Shown piece after piece: positions 40,748 to 49,399 of a DNA stretch of 61,378 nt; the first letter of the stretch is position 1, and every line of letters starts with the position of its first letter. Position numbers and translations under genes: made by a program. A model generated the notes under the pieces. It worked only from the letters and a program-made list of their open reading frames with translations. It made no database searches and was not told where the DNA came from. Source of the DNA: a virus (taxonomy: Duplodnaviria > Caudoviricetes); IMG/VR virus record IMGVR_UViG_3300046171_000014, positions 1-61,378 of that record; one strand, given 5' to 3'.

Positions 40748-40873
40748 ATGAGTTTAATATCTGACATAATACGAAAACAAATTACTGCATGGGGTTTTGC
40801 TTATACGTTTTGGTTTTATGTTTCCACATTTGCTGCTGTAACTTTATGCACGATGGCAATACTTTTTATCTGA
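40748..40873 (+). CDS. Possible 41-aa membrane peptide
   Basis: MSLISDIIRKQITAWGFAYTFWFYVSTFAAVTLCTMAILFI, lying between a hairpin and a terminator; below the track cutoff. Confidence 0.4.
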   Translation: MSLISDIIRKQITAWGFAYTFWFYVSTFAAVTLCTMAILFI

Positions 40874-40879
40874 TCCCAC

Positions 40880-40910
40880 GCCCTGACTGGAAACGGTCGG
40901 GGCTTTTTTT
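40880..40910 (+). terminator. Intrinsic terminator
   Basis: GCCCTGACTG-GAAA-CGGTCGGGGC followed by a T run. Confidence 0.8.
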
Positions 40911-40952
40911 GTGCCCCGCGACACCAGTTATTTGATACCAGTTTTGTGTATT

Positions 40953-41109
40953 AGCGGTGAGCGGTGAGCGACACAGGGCGAGCTGTCGCCACGCAATGTT
41001 GTACGTGATCCCTTTGGACCTGTTGGCCCTGTTTGTGTTTGTAGTTAGCTGCACGGCTAACTCTATCTGGGCGATGCCAGTTATTTTATGAGCGGTGAGC
41101 GGTGAGCGA
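40953..41109. repeat. 19-bp direct repeat AGCGGTGAGCGGTGAGCGA, two copies
   Basis: Exact copies at 40953-40971 and 41091-41109, each preceded by CCAGTT-containing sequence. Confidence 0.85.
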
Positions 41110-41115
41110 TTTGCA

Positions 41116-41495
41116 TAAGTCATTGAAAACAAAGTAATGTTCCCAATGTTCCAAAATGGTTTTTAAGAATGGAACAATTAACCTATTGATTTTAAAGCAA
41201 TGTTCCTAATGTTCCAAATGTTCCGTTAAATATTACTACACTTCCATGTGACCCTTCCCTCCCCTTATGCAGCATATTCCATCCAACATCATTATACCCC
41301 TGTAGTACCCTAAAATCGCGGAACATTGGAACATTGCTTTAATAACAAAGACTTACAACGGAACATTACCCATTTTGCTACGGAACATTAGGAACATTAC
41401 TTTGTTTTCAATAAGTTAGCCCATCAGCTAACCCCAACCCCACATACCACGCTACTCACGTCTACACACAGTTACTCACACAATAACGGAACATT
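41116..41495. repeat. Nested inverted repeats built from AATGTTCC/GGAACATT iterons with IHF-like sites; candidate origin
   Basis: AATGTTCC at 41136, 41145, 41199, 41208, 41217; GGAACATT at 41320, 41328, 41360, 41382, 41391, 41488. 41122-41152 pairs with 41382-41412 (1 mismatch). Confidence 0.85.
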
Positions 41496-41532
41496 ACTCA
41501 TAAAAATACATTTACTCACAACAAGATAAGTA

Positions 41533-41561
41533 TTGACACGTTTACTTATATATGCTATATT
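41533..41561 (+). promoter_or_regulatory. Strong sigma70-type early promoter
   Basis: TTGACA-17 nt-TATATT with an extended -10 TG. Confidence 0.75.
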
Positions 41562-41595
41562 TGTGGTACGTTCACTTTTGCAACGAGGATCAGTC

Positions 41596-41826
41596 ATGTC
41601 TTACAACACCGAAACAGTTAGCCGGTCAGCTAACGGCCTAACACGCGATGAGGCGCAAGCCATCGAAGAATATCTTTTCCAAACCCACGGCTTTGGGGTG
41701 CGCGTCATGCCAACCAAAGCTCGCGCTCTTGTCGAGCGTATGCCCGCAACCTACGACCCCGCGCCATCCTATCGCGCAATCAACAAGCGTGACATTCACG
41801 CCCGCAAGCGTTGGGGTGACGAGTGA
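41596..41826 (+). CDS. Hypothetical protein
   Basis: Likely start MSYNTE at 41596 with GAGG RBS. Confidence 0.6.
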   Translation: MSYNTETVSRSANGLTRDEAQAIEEYLFQTHGFGVRVMPTKARALVERMPATYDPAPSYRAINKRDIHARKRWGDE

Positions 41827-42062
41827 TGGCTGCGTTTACAATGGATGGTATTCAGATGCTGACCTGCCGCTCATGCGGCGAGGACACGTTACACCCCGAG
41901 CGTTACAACATCGGGTATAATTACTGCATGGACTGCGGAGACTTCCGCGCCCGTGAAGAACGCGCAGGTTGGTGCATCGCACCTATCGCGCACAAGCAAG
42001 GGGCAACCCTTGTGACAAACCGCAACGACCTCAAAGGTCTCAATAAATATGTTGGAGAATAA
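41823..42062 (+). CDS. Small zinc-finger protein
   Basis: CRSC...CMDC...HKQG. Confidence 0.7.
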   Translation: MMAAFTMDGIQMLTCRSCGEDTLHPERYNIGYNYCMDCGDFRAREERAGWCIAPIAHKQGATLVTNRNDLKGLNKYVGE

Positions 42063-42064
42063 CT

Positions 42065-43078
42065 ATGAATATGATGGGTAATATGGGCGAAGGTAAGTCC
42101 AGTTTGTTTGATGGTATGGACAACGTGGTGGAAGTTAGCCACACAGCTAACACTCCCAACGCAGATGACATTGTTTCGATTTCATCCGCCGCGCTGTTGG
42201 TCAGTATGACCATATCAAACTGGGCAGGCCGCAAGCTAGATCGCAAAGCGTCTGCCGAAGTATCGGACGCTAACGCCGCCGAGCGCGGTATGGCTAACGT
42301 CAACAAAAAGCTATTGGGTAACAACGAGTACCTAAAAGCAATACAGACGCACGTATCTGCGGCGCGTGATATGCACACACGCATGACGATGCCTTGGGGT
42401 AAGACTGGTTGGCAGCTATGCCCGACCGCGCAGTATTTCAAATACACCGAAGCAATGACGGGTATGCAGAACAAGTTCTATGAGTTGGTTCAAGAGTTCT
42501 TGGATAACTACGAGCAAGCTGTCGAGGATGCGCACTTGTTCTTGGGTGATCTTGCAAACCCTGACGACTATCCAAGCCTAGAGAAGTTGTCACGCAAGTT
42601 CTCATTCACGCTCGACGAAATGCCGCTACCTACCTCTGGCGACTTCCGCTTGGACATCGCCAACGAAGGGATTAGCCAGTTGGCTAACAAGTACGAGAAG
42701 TTCTACACCACGCAGTTCGAGACCGCGATGGGTGACATATGGAAGCGTACCTATGACGCGCTGTCTAACATGTCGGAGCGTCTCGACTACGAGACCGATA
42801 TCGTAGAGTACGTGGACGATGCGGGGCGTACCAAGCGCCGTAAGATCGGGGCCAAAACATTCCGCGATACGTTGGTGTCCAACGTGACCGAGATGATCGG
42901 ACTACTCAAAGTTAGCAACGTGGCTAACTCACCTCACATGACTGCTATGGCTGAACGTCTGGAAGATGCGATGCTAGGAGTCACACCCGCTGCCCTGCGT
43001 GACGACGAGTCGCTGCGCAAGCAGACAAAAGCCGAAGTAGATGCAGCCATCGCTGCGCTGCCAACACTAGACATATAA
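42065..43078 (+). CDS. DUF3150-like helical protein of the AAA/VWA module
   Basis: 337 aa; W.GRK.D, T.PW and DYPS motifs; upstream of the AAA ATPase. Confidence 0.6.
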   Translation: MNMMGNMGEGKSSLFDGMDNVVEVSHTANTPNADDIVSISSAALLVSMTISNWAGRKLDRKASAEVSDANAAERGMANVNKKLLGNNEYLKAIQTHVSAARDMHTRMTMPWGKTGWQLCPTAQYFKYTEAMTGMQNKFYELVQEFLDNYEQAVEDAHLFLGDLANPDDYPSLEKLSRKFSFTLDEMPLPTSGDFRLDIANEGISQLANKYEKFYTTQFETAMGDIWKRTYDALSNMSERLDYETDIVEYVDDAGRTKRRKIGAKTFRDTLVSNVTEMIGLLKVSNVANSPHMTAMAERLEDAMLGVTPAALRDDESLRKQTKAEVDAAIAALPTLDI

Positions 43079-43096
43079 ACAGATTGGAGAAACCTC

Positions 43097-44203
43097 ATGT
43101 CAACTAACACAATGTATGCACTGAGCATCGAAGAAATCGCTAACGCCATTGCAGTTCAAGTTCCTCTGCCACCAGAGGACAAGACAACCATCATCGTCGA
43201 GGGCGAGATGGGCAGCGGCAAGTCATCAATCCTCAAGGTATTGGCCGAGGATCTGCCTGACCACAAGGCGATCTATTTCGACTGCACGACCAAGGCCGAT
43301 GCGGGCGACCTGATGTTGCCAAAGTTCAAGGATTTGGAAGGCAACGACTATGTTAGCTTTGCGACTAACGAGGAGCTTGGTATGCACCTCAAGGATACGC
43401 CGCTCATTATTATGATCGACGAGGCAGGCAAGAACCGCGCTATCCAGAACCCGCTCAACCGTTTGTTCCAAGAGCGAATGATCGGTATGCATGAGCTACA
43501 CCCAGAGAGCGTTGTCTTTGCGACGACTAACCTTGGGTTCGAGAATGTGGGCGACACGTTCCTGCCGCATACTTGCAACCGCGTGACATTCGTGCGGATG
43601 CGCAAGCCGAATGCGATAGAGTGGATCGAATGGGGTATCAACCACAAGCTAGATCACGTCACGCTTGCATGGGTCAAGGACAACCCGCAGGTGTTGGCAT
43701 CGTCTGACGATGTGAAAGACCCCGAGGATAACGTCTACATCAACCACCCCAAAGCCAACGGGCGTCGATCATTCTGCACAGCGAGGTCTCTGCACAAGGC
43801 GTCAAACTACATGAAGATGCGCGACAAGCTCAACGACAAGTCTCTGACCGCGTTGCTCATTGGTACGATTGGTATGCGTGGCGGCATGGATCTGATGGCT
43901 CACCTCAAGTTAGCCGATCAGCTACCTAGTTTGGAGTCGATCAAGTCCGATCCCAAAAACGCCAAGGTTCCGACCACAGCGGCAGGTATCTGTATGGTGG
44001 TCTATCGGACACTGGCAGCTATCGAGCAAGACTGGCTCAACTCTTGGATGGACTACATGGCGCGGCTAGATGCCGAGGCGCAAGGTATGTTTGCCAATGG
44101 TGTCCGTGCGCCAAGATACAGCAAGCAGGCGATGGTCATGCAGAACCGCAAGTTCACGCAGTGGGCAGCGGATAACTCGCATATGTTTTCATCAGATCAA
44201 TAA
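43097..44203 (+). CDS. MoxR/AAA+ ATPase
   Basis: Walker A GEMGSGKS, Walker B IIMIDE, sensor ATTN. Confidence 0.85.
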   Translation: MSTNTMYALSIEEIANAIAVQVPLPPEDKTTIIVEGEMGSGKSSILKVLAEDLPDHKAIYFDCTTKADAGDLMLPKFKDLEGNDYVSFATNEELGMHLKDTPLIIMIDEAGKNRAIQNPLNRLFQERMIGMHELHPESVVFATTNLGFENVGDTFLPHTCNRVTFVRMRKPNAIEWIEWGINHKLDHVTLAWVKDNPQVLASSDDVKDPEDNVYINHPKANGRRSFCTARSLHKASNYMKMRDKLNDKSLTALLIGTIGMRGGMDLMAHLKLADQLPSLESIKSDPKNAKVPTTAAGICMVVYRTLAAIEQDWLNSWMDYMARLDAEAQGMFANGVRAPRYSKQAMVMQNRKFTQWAADNSHMFSSDQ

Positions 44204-44214
44204 GGAGGATAAGA

Positions 44215-45435
44215 ATGTTACAGTTAGGCGGTAAGCTAACCGAGGAGCAGCGGCTCGAAAAAGCCGTTGTTCAAATCATGCACAAACAACCTGCCATTGG
44301 CGGGTTGGTTATGTTGGGCAAGCGTGTTGTATGTGACAAGACACGCACGGCATGTACCGATGGGCGTGACGAGTGGTATGGACGTGAGTTTGTACGTAAC
44401 CTGAACGACAAGCAGCTACGCTTCCTCGTTCTGCATGAGATGTATCACAAGATGTATCGCCACTTGATTACGTGGCGGCATCTCTGGAAGAAGTGTTCCG
44501 ACACAGCCAACCGTGCGATGGACTATGAAATCAACATCAAGATACTCGACGAGTATGGAGAGTTCGTGGAGTGGATCCCAAATGGCTGTCTCAATCAAGC
44601 CTATCGTGGTTGGGGCACAGCTAAAATCTTTGACGACATCTACGAGAAGCGCAAAGAACGCGAAGGCGGTGAAAGCGGTGACGGTGAAGGCGGCGGTGGC
44701 GATGGTGGCGGCGATGGTGACGGTGAACCATTCGACGATCACGATTGGGAAAGTGCTAAGGAGATGACCGAGGAGGAGAAGCGCGAGCTAGAGCGTGAGA
44801 TCGACGAGGCAATCCGTCAAGGCAATATCGTGGCAGGCAAAACCGGAAGCGGTGGCAGTCGTGACATGGAGGAGTTGTTGCAGCCCAAGGTAGATTGGAA
44901 AGAACCGTTCCGCGAGTTCTTCATGGCTACCTGTGCGGGTAACGACAATTCGACGTGGCGCAAGCCCAAGCGTAGGTTCATTGCGCAAAACGTGTATCTG
45001 CCATCGACGTTCAGCGAGACCATTGGCGAGTTGATACTTGGCATCGACACGTCAGGCTCGACATTCGCGCCGGGAGTGTTGCCTGCGTTTATGACCGAGA
45101 CAAAATCCATCTGCGATATGCTACGCCCCGAGCGGGTTCGCATCTTGTATTGGGACACAGCGATCTGTCGTGCTGAAGTGTACGAGCAGTACGAGTTGGA
45201 CAACATGATAAACACCACGCAGCCCGAAGGCGGTGGCGGCACGGACGTTAGCTGTGTGGCTAACTACATCACAGAGCATAAGCTCGACCCGCAAGCTATC
45301 GTGTTGCTGACCGATGGGTATCTATTCGGAGGCTGGGGCAACTGGCATCATCCGACCCTGTGGTGCGTGTTGGACAATGCGAATGCGCGTCCGACCAACG
45401 GCAAAACAATTCACATCAAATCGGAGGACATGTGA
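44215..45435 (+). CDS. Metallopeptidase-like (HExxH) plus VWA domain protein (DUF2201-like)
   Basis: TACTDG, LHEMYH, MIDAS motif IDTSGS, GGGGTD, LTDG. Confidence 0.85.
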   Translation: MLQLGGKLTEEQRLEKAVVQIMHKQPAIGGLVMLGKRVVCDKTRTACTDGRDEWYGREFVRNLNDKQLRFLVLHEMYHKMYRHLITWRHLWKKCSDTANRAMDYEINIKILDEYGEFVEWIPNGCLNQAYRGWGTAKIFDDIYEKRKEREGGESGDGEGGGGDGGGDGDGEPFDDHDWESAKEMTEEEKRELEREIDEAIRQGNIVAGKTGSGGSRDMEELLQPKVDWKEPFREFFMATCAGNDNSTWRKPKRRFIAQNVYLPSTFSETIGELILGIDTSGSTFAPGVLPAFMTETKSICDMLRPERVRILYWDTAICRAEVYEQYELDNMINTTQPEGGGGTDVSCVANYITEHKLDPQAIVLLTDGYLFGGWGNWHHPTLWCVLDNANARPTNGKTIHIKSEDM

Positions 45436-45551
45436 TGGAAGATGACGACTTAACAGATATGGTTTTTAAATACCTACAAGACATGGCGGATCGCGGTGAT
45501 GAAGCCGCGAAGCGTCTGTTGGATATGTTGCGGGAGGAACCAGATGAGTAA
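45435..45551 (+). CDS. Small acidic hypothetical protein
   Basis: MEDDDLTD..., coupled to the previous stop; GGAGG RBS. Confidence 0.45.
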   Translation: MEDDDLTDMVFKYLQDMADRGDEAAKRLLDMLREEPDE

Positions 45552-45729
45552 TATTTTTGTAGATAACCCGTTCATCCGCTGCCCCGAATGTAAAGGCGTG
45601 GGTAAAGAAATAGCTGAGCGCAACGTGATGATGAGTAACGATAATCCATACGGTTACATAGAGGAGTATGAGCGTGATTGTCGTAACTGCGATGGGCTTG
45701 GCGAAATCGAAAGGGATTATGATGATTGA
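45544..45729 (+). CDS. DnaJ-type zinc-finger small protein
   Basis: CPECKGVG...CRNCDGLG. Confidence 0.7.
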   Translation: MSNIFVDNPFIRCPECKGVGKEIAERNVMMSNDNPYGYIEEYERDCRNCDGLGEIERDYDD

Positions 45730-45964
45730 ATTTTTTACAGCTTTGATCTTGCACTACGAGTTGCAGGGCAAAGAAGTCGAGGCAGTGGTGTGGTTTGAAA
45801 CCGAAGCCGACTGCCAAGCGGTGATGCAGAATGATATTGCAGCACCATTGTACGACGAGTTGTATGACTTGTACGGCAATAACCTAATGATGTTCTGCGA
45901 AGTATCGGAGGGCGTCTCAAATATAATCAGGCCGACAGCACGGCCAACACAGGAGAATAACTAA
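45719..45964 (+). CDS. Hypothetical protein
   Basis: MIEFFTALIL...RPTARP. Confidence 0.55.
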   Translation: MMIEFFTALILHYELQGKEVEAVVWFETEADCQAVMQNDIAAPLYDELYDLYGNNLMMFCEVSEGVSNIIRPTARPTQENN

Positions 45965-46962
45965 TGGCACTTACATACTCAGCATTCCAAACTTTTGCAG
46001 AGGTAGAGCATCACTACAATGCTATCAAACCTTTGATATCGAAATGTCACACTAAAGCAGAGGATGTTCGACCTATCGGAGATCGTAAACGTAAGTGGGA
46101 GCGTATCGTTAAACTCAGCGATTACTGCTATGCGCTTCTTGACGGATATTGCTTTGGCGACCCCGTGTTTAAAACGTGGGGCACTGACAGAACCGTTACC
46201 AAAGCGGATACCGAATTTTACGCTGCTGTCGTGTGGCGCAAGCATCGTGACGGAACCACAAGCGTTAAGATACGCAATGGCACGGGGCCGTGGAACCATG
46301 TCAGTAGGTATTCGTTCCTAACACGCCACGTACCGAGAGGTATGTACTTCCTAGTGTACAACGGGAAGCAAGCTATAAACCTGACCAGTAATTACGGAGA
46401 TCACGATAGACATTTCCTAGCCAAAGGTAAAACCGTGCCAAAAGAGGTGAACCCCCATTGGAAGAAGTGGACTAATCGTAAAGACAACACGGCGTTAGCC
46501 TTCAAGCTAACTCCTGACGGGAAGTGGCTGCGTGATCCAGAAACAGGCGAGGATCTGCCGATACCGCCGCGTGTCAACAAGGCGCTGAAAGCCAAGTTCA
46601 AGGAACCGCTGAGAGAGTTCTTTGAGTGGGGCATGACAATCGCAAACATGCTGCCGCTTACGGATAACGACTACATCCGAAAGATGCGCACCGAGGCGTA
46701 TGACTATTATTCAGAAACAGAGGGCACAGGGTTCATACGATCTAGAGATACCTACAACGTGAAGAATTGTAGGAGTATCATTACAGACCCCGAACATCCG
46801 CTGCGCCTACCTCTGTTTGTAGAGTTCGCGGAAACCACAGCCGATGGGTGGTGGCAACATGCCTCTTACAAAGTGCAACAAGTAGAGACGAAGGAGGATC
46901 TGTCAGCAGTACGAAACAAATACAATAACTGGGTGAACAAGCACCTTGGTTTCAAATCATAA
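45964..46962 (+). CDS. Hypothetical protein
   Basis: 332-aa ORF with GGAG RBS. Confidence 0.75.
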   Translation: MALTYSAFQTFAEVEHHYNAIKPLISKCHTKAEDVRPIGDRKRKWERIVKLSDYCYALLDGYCFGDPVFKTWGTDRTVTKADTEFYAAVVWRKHRDGTTSVKIRNGTGPWNHVSRYSFLTRHVPRGMYFLVYNGKQAINLTSNYGDHDRHFLAKGKTVPKEVNPHWKKWTNRKDNTALAFKLTPDGKWLRDPETGEDLPIPPRVNKALKAKFKEPLREFFEWGMTIANMLPLTDNDYIRKMRTEAYDYYSETEGTGFIRSRDTYNVKNCRSIITDPEHPLRLPLFVEFAETTADGWWQHASYKVQQVETKEDLSAVRNKYNNWVNKHLGFKS

Positions 46963-46976
46963 TATAAAAATGGAGA

Positions 46977-47846
46977 ATGACTATGGGATACAATCCTTAC
47001 TTAACGTCAGAAGCGATGCAACAGACAGAGAACAATAGCTACGTGGGTAATGAGGTAGCTAGGTTCGCAGATGCTGTGGCCGCTGCACTAAAAGCAAAGT
47101 GGAGCTACAAGCGTAGGAACAGCGTTTGGATCTATCGTGAGAACGAGATTTATGCGCTAGGTTTTGTGGGTTACGGTGACTTCACCGAAAAAGCCAACGG
47201 AGATGCTGCGTACATTGTTCACAGTCGCAACATCGAAAACTGTAGGTACAACGACTACAACGCGCAGCATTACATGGCATTTGCCAAGCATTTTGAGAAA
47301 GGCCTATCTAATGCTACCCGCCACCTGCGCACCATACCGTGTCACGTAGCTGTGGAACGAGAGCTTAGAAACCTACGTAGACAGATGCGAGACATAGACG
47401 ACTACAGTTCGCGGAAGGTTAGGCAGTTGGCTAACGATGTCACCGATGGGCTAGGTCGTGGTAAAAGCTCGCCCTTGGAGCGAGAGCTTAAAAACCTTGT
47501 GAACACGGGGCATACATGGCTTGATGCAAACTTTGGTGAACAAGTCAAAACGTTCCTTAACTACAGTGGCGAGGACACGTCCTCCGGTGAGAGTATGTTT
47601 GATGTCGTGTATATCAACATCTCGCCACGCGGTACGCAGTCGGTCAACGTGTACACTAACATGGATGGTAAAGAGTGGAATTGGGAGCCAGATCCGAGCA
47701 ATCATTACGGGTGCGATGTGGATCAGCTAGACGAAGAGCTTAAACGTAAGGTGTCCACATTGCAGATGGTTGAGCAAGGTACGTTTGTTCCGAATGTTGG
47801 CTTTCATGCTCTCACAGGGAGACTGTTCTATGTCGCTCAATCCTAA
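46977..47846 (+). CDS. Hypothetical protein
   Basis: 289-aa ORF with GGAG RBS. Confidence 0.75.
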   Translation: MTMGYNPYLTSEAMQQTENNSYVGNEVARFADAVAAALKAKWSYKRRNSVWIYRENEIYALGFVGYGDFTEKANGDAAYIVHSRNIENCRYNDYNAQHYMAFAKHFEKGLSNATRHLRTIPCHVAVERELRNLRRQMRDIDDYSSRKVRQLANDVTDGLGRGKSSPLERELKNLVNTGHTWLDANFGEQVKTFLNYSGEDTSSGESMFDVVYINISPRGTQSVNVYTNMDGKEWNWEPDPSNHYGCDVDQLDEELKRKVSTLQMVEQGTFVPNVGFHALTGRLFYVAQS

Positions 47847-48210
47847 AATTATAAATCTTGACACCCCCCTTGACGAGACGGTATATCGCATTTACATACA
47901 ACCTTCATCGTTTGCTGTCGATGTAACGTGTTTAGGCACAGAGTGTTACGAGGTAGGGAACTTTGGTAAGTATGTAAGTGATTTGCCAGATTGGGTACAG
48001 GGGAAACTAGCAGTGCTTATGATGATGGGGGAAGATGACTACGGGCACATAATTGAAGGCGTAGGCTTTCGCAAAGACCGTCATGTTTTCTACGTTAGCC
48101 ATGAGGCTAACCCTGTCAGTAGAGACAAGTTGGAAATGTTGGCGTTTTCTGTGTGTCTTAAAATTCCCTTGGAGTGTACGCGCCCTTTAGAAGGAGTTGT
48201 AGATGGGTGA
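47830..48210 (+). CDS. Hypothetical protein
   Basis: LPDWVQGKLAVL...IEGVG.R motif, resembling the C-terminus of the preceding ORF. Confidence 0.6.
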   Translation: MSLNPKIINLDTPLDETVYRIYIQPSSFAVDVTCLGTECYEVGNFGKYVSDLPDWVQGKLAVLMMMGEDDYGHIIEGVGFRKDRHVFYVSHEANPVSRDKLEMLAFSVCLKIPLECTRPLEGVVDG

Positions 48211-48391
48211 CACAGAATTAAGCATGTTCCAGCAAGCACAGTTGCGTTGGCTCAAGCGACAGGTAGACAACCTGCAAGAAGAACAATGGCGCAATGATGC
48301 GAGGCCCCGTGTAAAGCAAGAACTCTTTGCAGCTCGTGAGGAGTTGGATACTTACGTGAAGAACCTTCGCAACGCAGGGGTGAAGATATGA
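48203..48391 (+). CDS. Small hypothetical protein
   Basis: 62 aa, helical; GGAG RBS. Confidence 0.6.
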   Translation: MGDTELSMFQQAQLRWLKRQVDNLQEEQWRNDARPRVKQELFAAREELDTYVKNLRNAGVKI

Positions 48392-48711
48392 CACCGGAAG
48401 CGAAGGTAAAGAAGAAGGTAGTACGCATTCTGAAAGATGCGGGTGCGTATTACTTCTACCCTGTGACGAGTGGGTACGGGCGCAGTGGTGTGCCTGATGT
48501 AGTTGCATGTCTGGAGGGTTACTTCCTTGGCATCGAATGTAAGGCGGGGAAGAACAAGCCGACCCCGCTACAACAGAAAAACTTGGACGATATAGACACA
48601 GCAGGAGGTATAGCACTGATTATTAACGAGGATAATCTGGACTTATTACAGTCCATAATACTGGGCATCAAAGTAGATGTCACGATAACAAAAAACTCAA
48701 ATGGAGAATAG
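48388..48711 (+). CDS. VRR-NUC domain nuclease (Holliday-junction resolvase-like)
   Basis: E..VK, GVPD, IECKA, PTPLQ and GG motifs. Confidence 0.85.
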   Translation: MTPEAKVKKKVVRILKDAGAYYFYPVTSGYGRSGVPDVVACLEGYFLGIECKAGKNKPTPLQQKNLDDIDTAGGIALIINEDNLDLLQSIILGIKVDVTITKNSNGE

Positions 48712-48720
48712 ATAGCCGCT

Positions 48721-49272
48721 ATGGATATCACACAAGAACAACTGAAAAAACTTTTTGGCGAAATAAAAGAAGTCGTTATGATTATGGAGCGTGTTCCGCA
48801 TAACGCAGGGGGCGCAGGGTTTGCTGTCACCACCGAGGGTGAAAGCTGCTTTGTCGGCAGGAATTATATCGAAAACAATAACCTGCAAGAAGGCGATTTC
48901 TTTACAGCGCGGGTGGCCCCTAACCAAAACAACCACAAGACAAACACTCCCTATAAGGTAGTGGGTAAGGTTGCGGTGCTAGACGGGCTAGATCCGTTTG
49001 ATGAAACACCTTCACCGAGGGTGCAGCAAGCTACGCTAGAGGACCGCATTACGGCTCTTATGCGTGACGAAGAACACTCATATCCGCACAGGGTTGGGGA
49101 GTTAGCCAGTAAGCTAACTTCTGACACCGCAGCAGTTCAGCTTGCGTTACAGCGTATGCACACTGCGGGTGAGATATGGGAAGCAAAGATAGAACGTAAG
49201 GGTACGCAAACAAAAGCGTCTTACGTTTTGTGGGCGCTCGACGACGAGTGGTTTGCACTTGACTACGAGTAA
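48721..49272 (+). CDS. Hypothetical protein, possibly OB-like plus winged-helix
   Basis: GFAV...GE.CFV N-terminus; ELASKL...VQLALQRM...GEI HTH-like C-terminus. Confidence 0.55.
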   Translation: MDITQEQLKKLFGEIKEVVMIMERVPHNAGGAGFAVTTEGESCFVGRNYIENNNLQEGDFFTARVAPNQNNHKTNTPYKVVGKVAVLDGLDPFDETPSPRVQQATLEDRITALMRDEEHSYPHRVGELASKLTSDTAAVQLALQRMHTAGEIWEAKIERKGTQTKASYVLWALDDEWFALDYE

Positions 49273-49399
49273 TACGGATCGGGGGTGCGGCTTGTACGGT
49301 CGCACCCTTGAAGAGTTCATTCACGCCATGCACGGCTTGGATGTTGTTTGGAAACCGAAGAAGAGTGGCGAAGAGCCACCGTTTTAAAGGAGAATAACT

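Noticed and set aside
41116-41495. IS/MITE or CRISPR reading of the GGAACATT repeats
   Set aside because: No transposase or evident target duplication; the repeats are 8 bp, irregularly spaced and inverted.
41440-41520. ACTCACAC-rich stretch as a self-target of the GT/GA-rich units 4, 6 and 7
   Set aside because: Only compositional similarity; I found no exact match by eye. A computed gapped search is needed.
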